NCBI RefSeq assembly: GCF_963676685.1
Contig: NC_092353.1
Span: 20,195,575-20,243,306, forward strand
Origin: Mytilus edulis
Lineage: Eukaryota
Length of the DNA: 47,732 nt
Direction: 5' to 3'
The notes under the pieces are model-generated. The model had not been told where the DNA came from. It saw only the letters and a list, made by a program, of their open reading frames with translations, and ran no database searches. The position numbers and the translations under genes were made by a program. Of the stretch, positions 44,816 to 47,732 are shown one piece after another. Positions within the stretch are counted from its first letter, which is position 1. Each line of letters starts with the position of its first letter.

Positions 44816-44905
44816 AACCTGAACGGACGGAAGAACGGACGCACGGACGAACGGACGCACAGACCAAAAAACATAATGCTCCTCTGGGGCATAAAAAAGA
44901 AAATG
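44816..44905 (-). repeat. (GGACG)n microsatellite plus an inverted carrier head (reverse complement cttttttatgccccagaggagcattatgttttttggtc + (CGTCC)n)
   Basis: The reverse complement aligns to the heads at 32233-32318 and 33139-33275 (ggagg(g)tataatgttttt(t)g(a)c + CGTCC repeats). Confidence 0.6.
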
Positions 44906-45056
44906 TGTATGATTGCAAATGAGACAACTCTCCACCAGAGACCAAGTGAAATAGAAGTTAGATGTAATTATAAGTATTTTAGTATGAATTCAAAGTAAGC
45001 TATGTAGCATGTGCAGAAAAACACAAATTTTAGAAGAAATATTAGAAAATCTTAAA

Positions 45057-46020
45057 TTTGATTTTTTTTTAGCAACTTCATGAAAACTGCTGAAAGAACT
45101 TTTGAGTTATTGTTCAATAAGTGGAAAATTCGCACTTTTTAATGAAAAAAACCCATAACTCAGAAATGTAATATCTAAATATGAAAATCCATAAGGGAGC
45201 TCACGTCAATAGACATAAACAATAGACTACTTTTGAGTTCATCCGTCACCAGAAAAAAACTTGTCAATTAGGTGCGCCTTTGCGACGTCGTTTACCAGAT
45301 AGAGGGGATCGCCTGTATCCCTGCACTATTTATGTTCATCAAGCGTCTTAGTGATCGTCATTGTGGAGGATAAACTAGAAACAATTTTTGTTTTGTAAGT
45401 ACTTAATCACAACTCCCTAATGACAAAGTACAGCAGTGCCGATTGTCAATTATGAGAATTTAGTTTGCCGAATAATTTGTGCAGTATAGTATTATAATTT
45501 TCCAACCACTCGCTCAACATTAGAATGGAAATGATGAAGCCCCTAAACGCACAAATGATGTTCACTAAAACCAGAGTTTTTGACGGAACTGCATCAAACT
45601 CGAAAGTTGTCTATTCACCCAAGTTTCATGAAAACAGCTCAAACCATTTTTGAGTTAATGTCTGAAAAACTAGAAAATCCCCTTTTTTTGATGAAATAAA
45701 ACCCATAACTCAAAATGTAAAATCCAAAATTTATAAAAATATAAAGGGAACTAACATTAATAGATATAAACAATTCATTAAAGTTTCATGAAAACTTCTC
45801 CAAGCATTTTAAGGTAATTGTCCGAAAAAAAACTAGAAAAATCCCCCTTTTTTGATGAAATTGTAGCCCCATAATTTTGAAACATAAAATCCAAAATTTA
45901 TGAAAATCATAAGGGAGCTCACATCAATAGATATAAACAATTCACCAAAGTTTCATGCAAATTGGTGAAAGAGTTTTTGAGTTAATGTCCGACATGTTGA
46001 CGACGGATGAACAACAGGTT
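45057..46020. repeat. ~185-bp repeat family: one unit at 45057-45240, and tandem units at 45615-46020 (…tttcatgaaaacagctcaaaccatttttgagttaatgtc(c/t)gaaaaactagaaaatcccc…cataactcaaaatgtaaaatccaaaatttataaaaat…)
   Basis: Direct reading of the sequence. Inverted 11-bp words gttcatccgtc (45237) and gacggatgaac (46003) bracket the block. Confidence 0.6.
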
Positions 46021-46087
46021 TCCTATATAATATGTCCTGTAAAGGGGCCTATAAAAAACTTTGAAAATATTCTATGTTAATCTTACC

Positions 46088-46212
46088 AGCATCAAATAAG
46101 CCTAAACCTAAGTCATCATCCTCACTTTCACTTTCCTCATAATACTCAAGTTTAGGAGTTGGCTTTGCTTTTGAACTTTCTTTAAATGGCATCATGTCAA
46201 ATGGAGCTGGTT
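46088..46212 (-). CDS. Exon encoding the same kind of acidic tail (…DMMPFKESSKAKPTPKLEYYEESESEDDDLGLGLFDAG), paralogue B
   Basis: The acceptor tcttattgcag is at 46213-46223 on the minus strand and the donor G|GTAAG at 46087. It has an open 41-codon frame, with phase 2 at its start and phase 1 at its end. It carries the same SE(S/D)DD(M/L)G(F/L)xLF(D/E) motif as paralogue A. Confidence 0.35.
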
Positions 46213-46537
46213 CTGCAATAAGATTTTTAAATGCATTTTGTTGTCATGCATCATGCCCCCAATGTAATACTTCAGAAAATATATATCAGTAAACAGAAGT
46301 AAAAGTCTGAAATATCCCCAAAAAATCCTCAAATGTTTAAATTACTGTCAATCTATTATGAAGTCTATTTGTGATGAGAATTTAAAAAAATCAATACTTT
46401 TCCAATTTTTCATTTTTTTTTTACTGAATTCACCTAAACCTGTAACCAGATGTTGTTACTCCAAAAGTGTATCTAAATTTTGAAACTGTCAGTAGATTGT
46501 TCTCATTTTAGCAATTTCCAGACTTTTATACTGCATT

Positions 46538-46720
46538 GGGCAGCAGAAATGGGAGGTCTTCACCTTCAGATTTGCCTTTTTCCCCCCAGATTCCATTTTG
46601 GGCAGCAGAAATGGGAGGTCTTCACCTTCAGATTTGCCTTTTTCCCCCCAGATTCCATTTTGGGAGGTCTTCACCTTCAGATTTGCCTTTTTCCCCCAAG
46701 ATTCCATTTTTGGGCTGAAA
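46538..46720. repeat. 72-bp tandem repeat x2.6 (gggcagcagaaatgggaggtcttcaccttcagatttgcctttttccccccagattccattttg) in the intron between the two P-like exons
   Basis: Direct reading of the sequence. The ORFs 46480..46731 are artefacts. Confidence 0.8.
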
Positions 46721-46790
46721 CTGCAACTTAAATCTGAGAAACATAATATGCCTTAAGCCTTAAGTAGAGTCAACATGAATTAATTTCGAA

Positions 46791-46898
46791 ATCAATATCA
46801 AATAGATAAATCAATATCAAATAGATAAATCAATATCAAATAGATAAATCAATATCAAATAGATAAATCAATATCAAATAGATAAATCAATATCAATA
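46791..46898. repeat. 19-bp microsatellite x5.5 (atcaatatcaaatagataa)
   Basis: Direct reading of the sequence. Confidence 0.85.
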
Positions 46899-46906
46899 AG
46901 ACTTAC

Positions 46907-47017
46907 CACCTTCAAATAAATTAAAACCCATGTCTGTATCACTTTCACTTTCTTCCCTTTCCAGAATAGATGTATTTCTTGCGTTATATGCATATTTTTC
47001 CAGCAGTACCGGTTTCT
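46907..47017 (-). CDS. Exon encoding a ribosomal-stalk-P-protein-like acidic tail (…LLEKYAYNARNTSILEREESESDTDMGFNLFEGG), paralogue A
   Basis: The acceptor ctctttacag is at 47018-47027 on the minus strand and the donor G|GTAAG at 46906. ORF 46893..47093 in the track. Phase 1 at both ends. Confidence 0.35.
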
Positions 47018-47732
47018 CTGTAAAGAGTGACAACAATATTTGTTGAACAAACAGATGAATGCCGGGACCAATGGACAGACAAGGTGAATGCAATATAGCT
47101 CTATTCCCAGAGTAATAATTTCATATTTGATACTATATTCAATTTAAAGTTTTATTGCCATATAAACTTTACAGTTTGTGACATAATGTAACAACAACAA
47201 AAACAAATAAAGACAATAACTAAGTAACTCAATATATATACACAAATTCAGGTAAATATTAAAGGGTCCCCTGTCCTCAGTTCCATTGACTTTTTTATAA
47301 AGGATCCTAGTTTATTCACTTGTGTTGGTGTTGATGGGTTAAGTATATATATAACTTTGTCATTGTCAGTGAGATTAGCAAATGAATTACTTTCTCTGTT
47401 AATGCAATCAAAATATGTTAATCTAATATTTGAATTATGAGAACATATTATAAATAGTAAATTGATCCAGGCAACACATGACATGAGTAATAAGTGACAT
47501 GTGAATTTTAGTAAAATGATGCAATATACAGTATTATAAGTGACTAATATATACTAGTAATCAGCTTATAACAATTGTAACTTTAATCAATAGGTTATTT
47601 CCATTGAAGTAAACAAGGTGTCAGTTACTTCCCTTTGTTGTTATGGTAGAGGGGAAATTTCATTACTGGTTACTTGTTTATTTGACTACAATTATAACAT
47701 ATCTACTGGGTTTGTCTTTACTTTTGGTCCTC

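Noticed and set aside
22262-45000. Regularly spaced direct repeats that might suggest a CRISPR array
   Set aside because: The repeat periods are 120-190 bp with no unique spacers between units, and the units drift gradually. The genome is eukaryotic, with introns, retroelements and SINEs. These are satellites, not CRISPR.
1-47732. A prokaryotic-operon reading of the ORF track
   Set aside because: There are no dense same-strand gene arrays, no RBS-like spacing, an AT-rich composition with short exons bounded by GT-AG, and abundant eukaryotic repeat types. The window was therefore treated as eukaryotic.

Overview
This window is eukaryotic, AT-rich and dominated by repeats; it is not a prokaryotic locus. 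I infer an invertebrate genome, perhaps a bivalve mollusc, from the repeat families and the 150-950 nt GT-AG exon/intron signals. I found no operons, CRISPR arrays or rRNA, and no convincing tRNA genes. Roughly two thirds of the window is satellite or transposon-derived. The main features are as follows. (1) At 2165-9027 there is a ~6.9 kb candidate mobile element. It is bounded by 39-bp direct repeats that each contain a dyad, and a 100-bp perfect palindrome sits beside one end. Inside is one long minus-strand gene encoding about 1,800 residues, split into eight ORF segments; it has N-terminal Cys/His clusters, an NLS, a central conserved core, a Ser/Thr-rich linker, and a C-terminal tesmin-type CXC domain followed by a 27-bp coding tandem repeat. 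The gene is disrupted by a nested 381-bp foldback MITE flanked by an 11-bp target site duplication (TSD), and in silico excision of the MITE restores the reading frame exactly. (2) There is a TTAA-flanked 641-bp MITE with terminal inverted repeats (TIRs), plus two further small foldback MITEs. (3) A 5'-truncated reverse transcriptase pseudogene with one in-frame TGA abuts a repeat unit of the Penelope/retrozyme type. Two intact minimal type-I hammerhead ribozyme motifs (CUGAUGA...GAAA...GUC) sit in related units at ~30.66 and ~31.89 kb, and there are degenerate inverted copies at ~12.0 and ~14.6-15.1 kb. Two copies of a tRNA-derived SINE-like sequence are also present. (4) Several composite non-autonomous elements carry internal satellite arrays of ~120, 125, 150, 169 and 190 bp units. 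One family ends in a (GACGAC)n tract plus a TGCGGTCGTATAAAAA hairpin tail. A second family has a GGAGGGTATAATGTTTTTGAC head followed by a (CGTCC)n microsatellite. One of these blocks is duplicated in tandem with a 2.1-kb period. (5) A 1.85-kb non-autonomous TIR element has 15-bp G-rich TIRs and a 7-8 bp TSD. (6) Several host-gene exon candidates lie on the minus strand: a ~960-nt Q/S/P-rich exon spliced in frame to a 100-nt exon; two paralogous exons encoding an acidic tail like that of ribosomal stalk P proteins (ESESDxDMGFxLF); and a two-exon fragment at 26.9-27.5 kb. All calls come from manual reading of the sequence and the supplied ORF track. No database searches were run, and all superfamily assignments are hypotheses.
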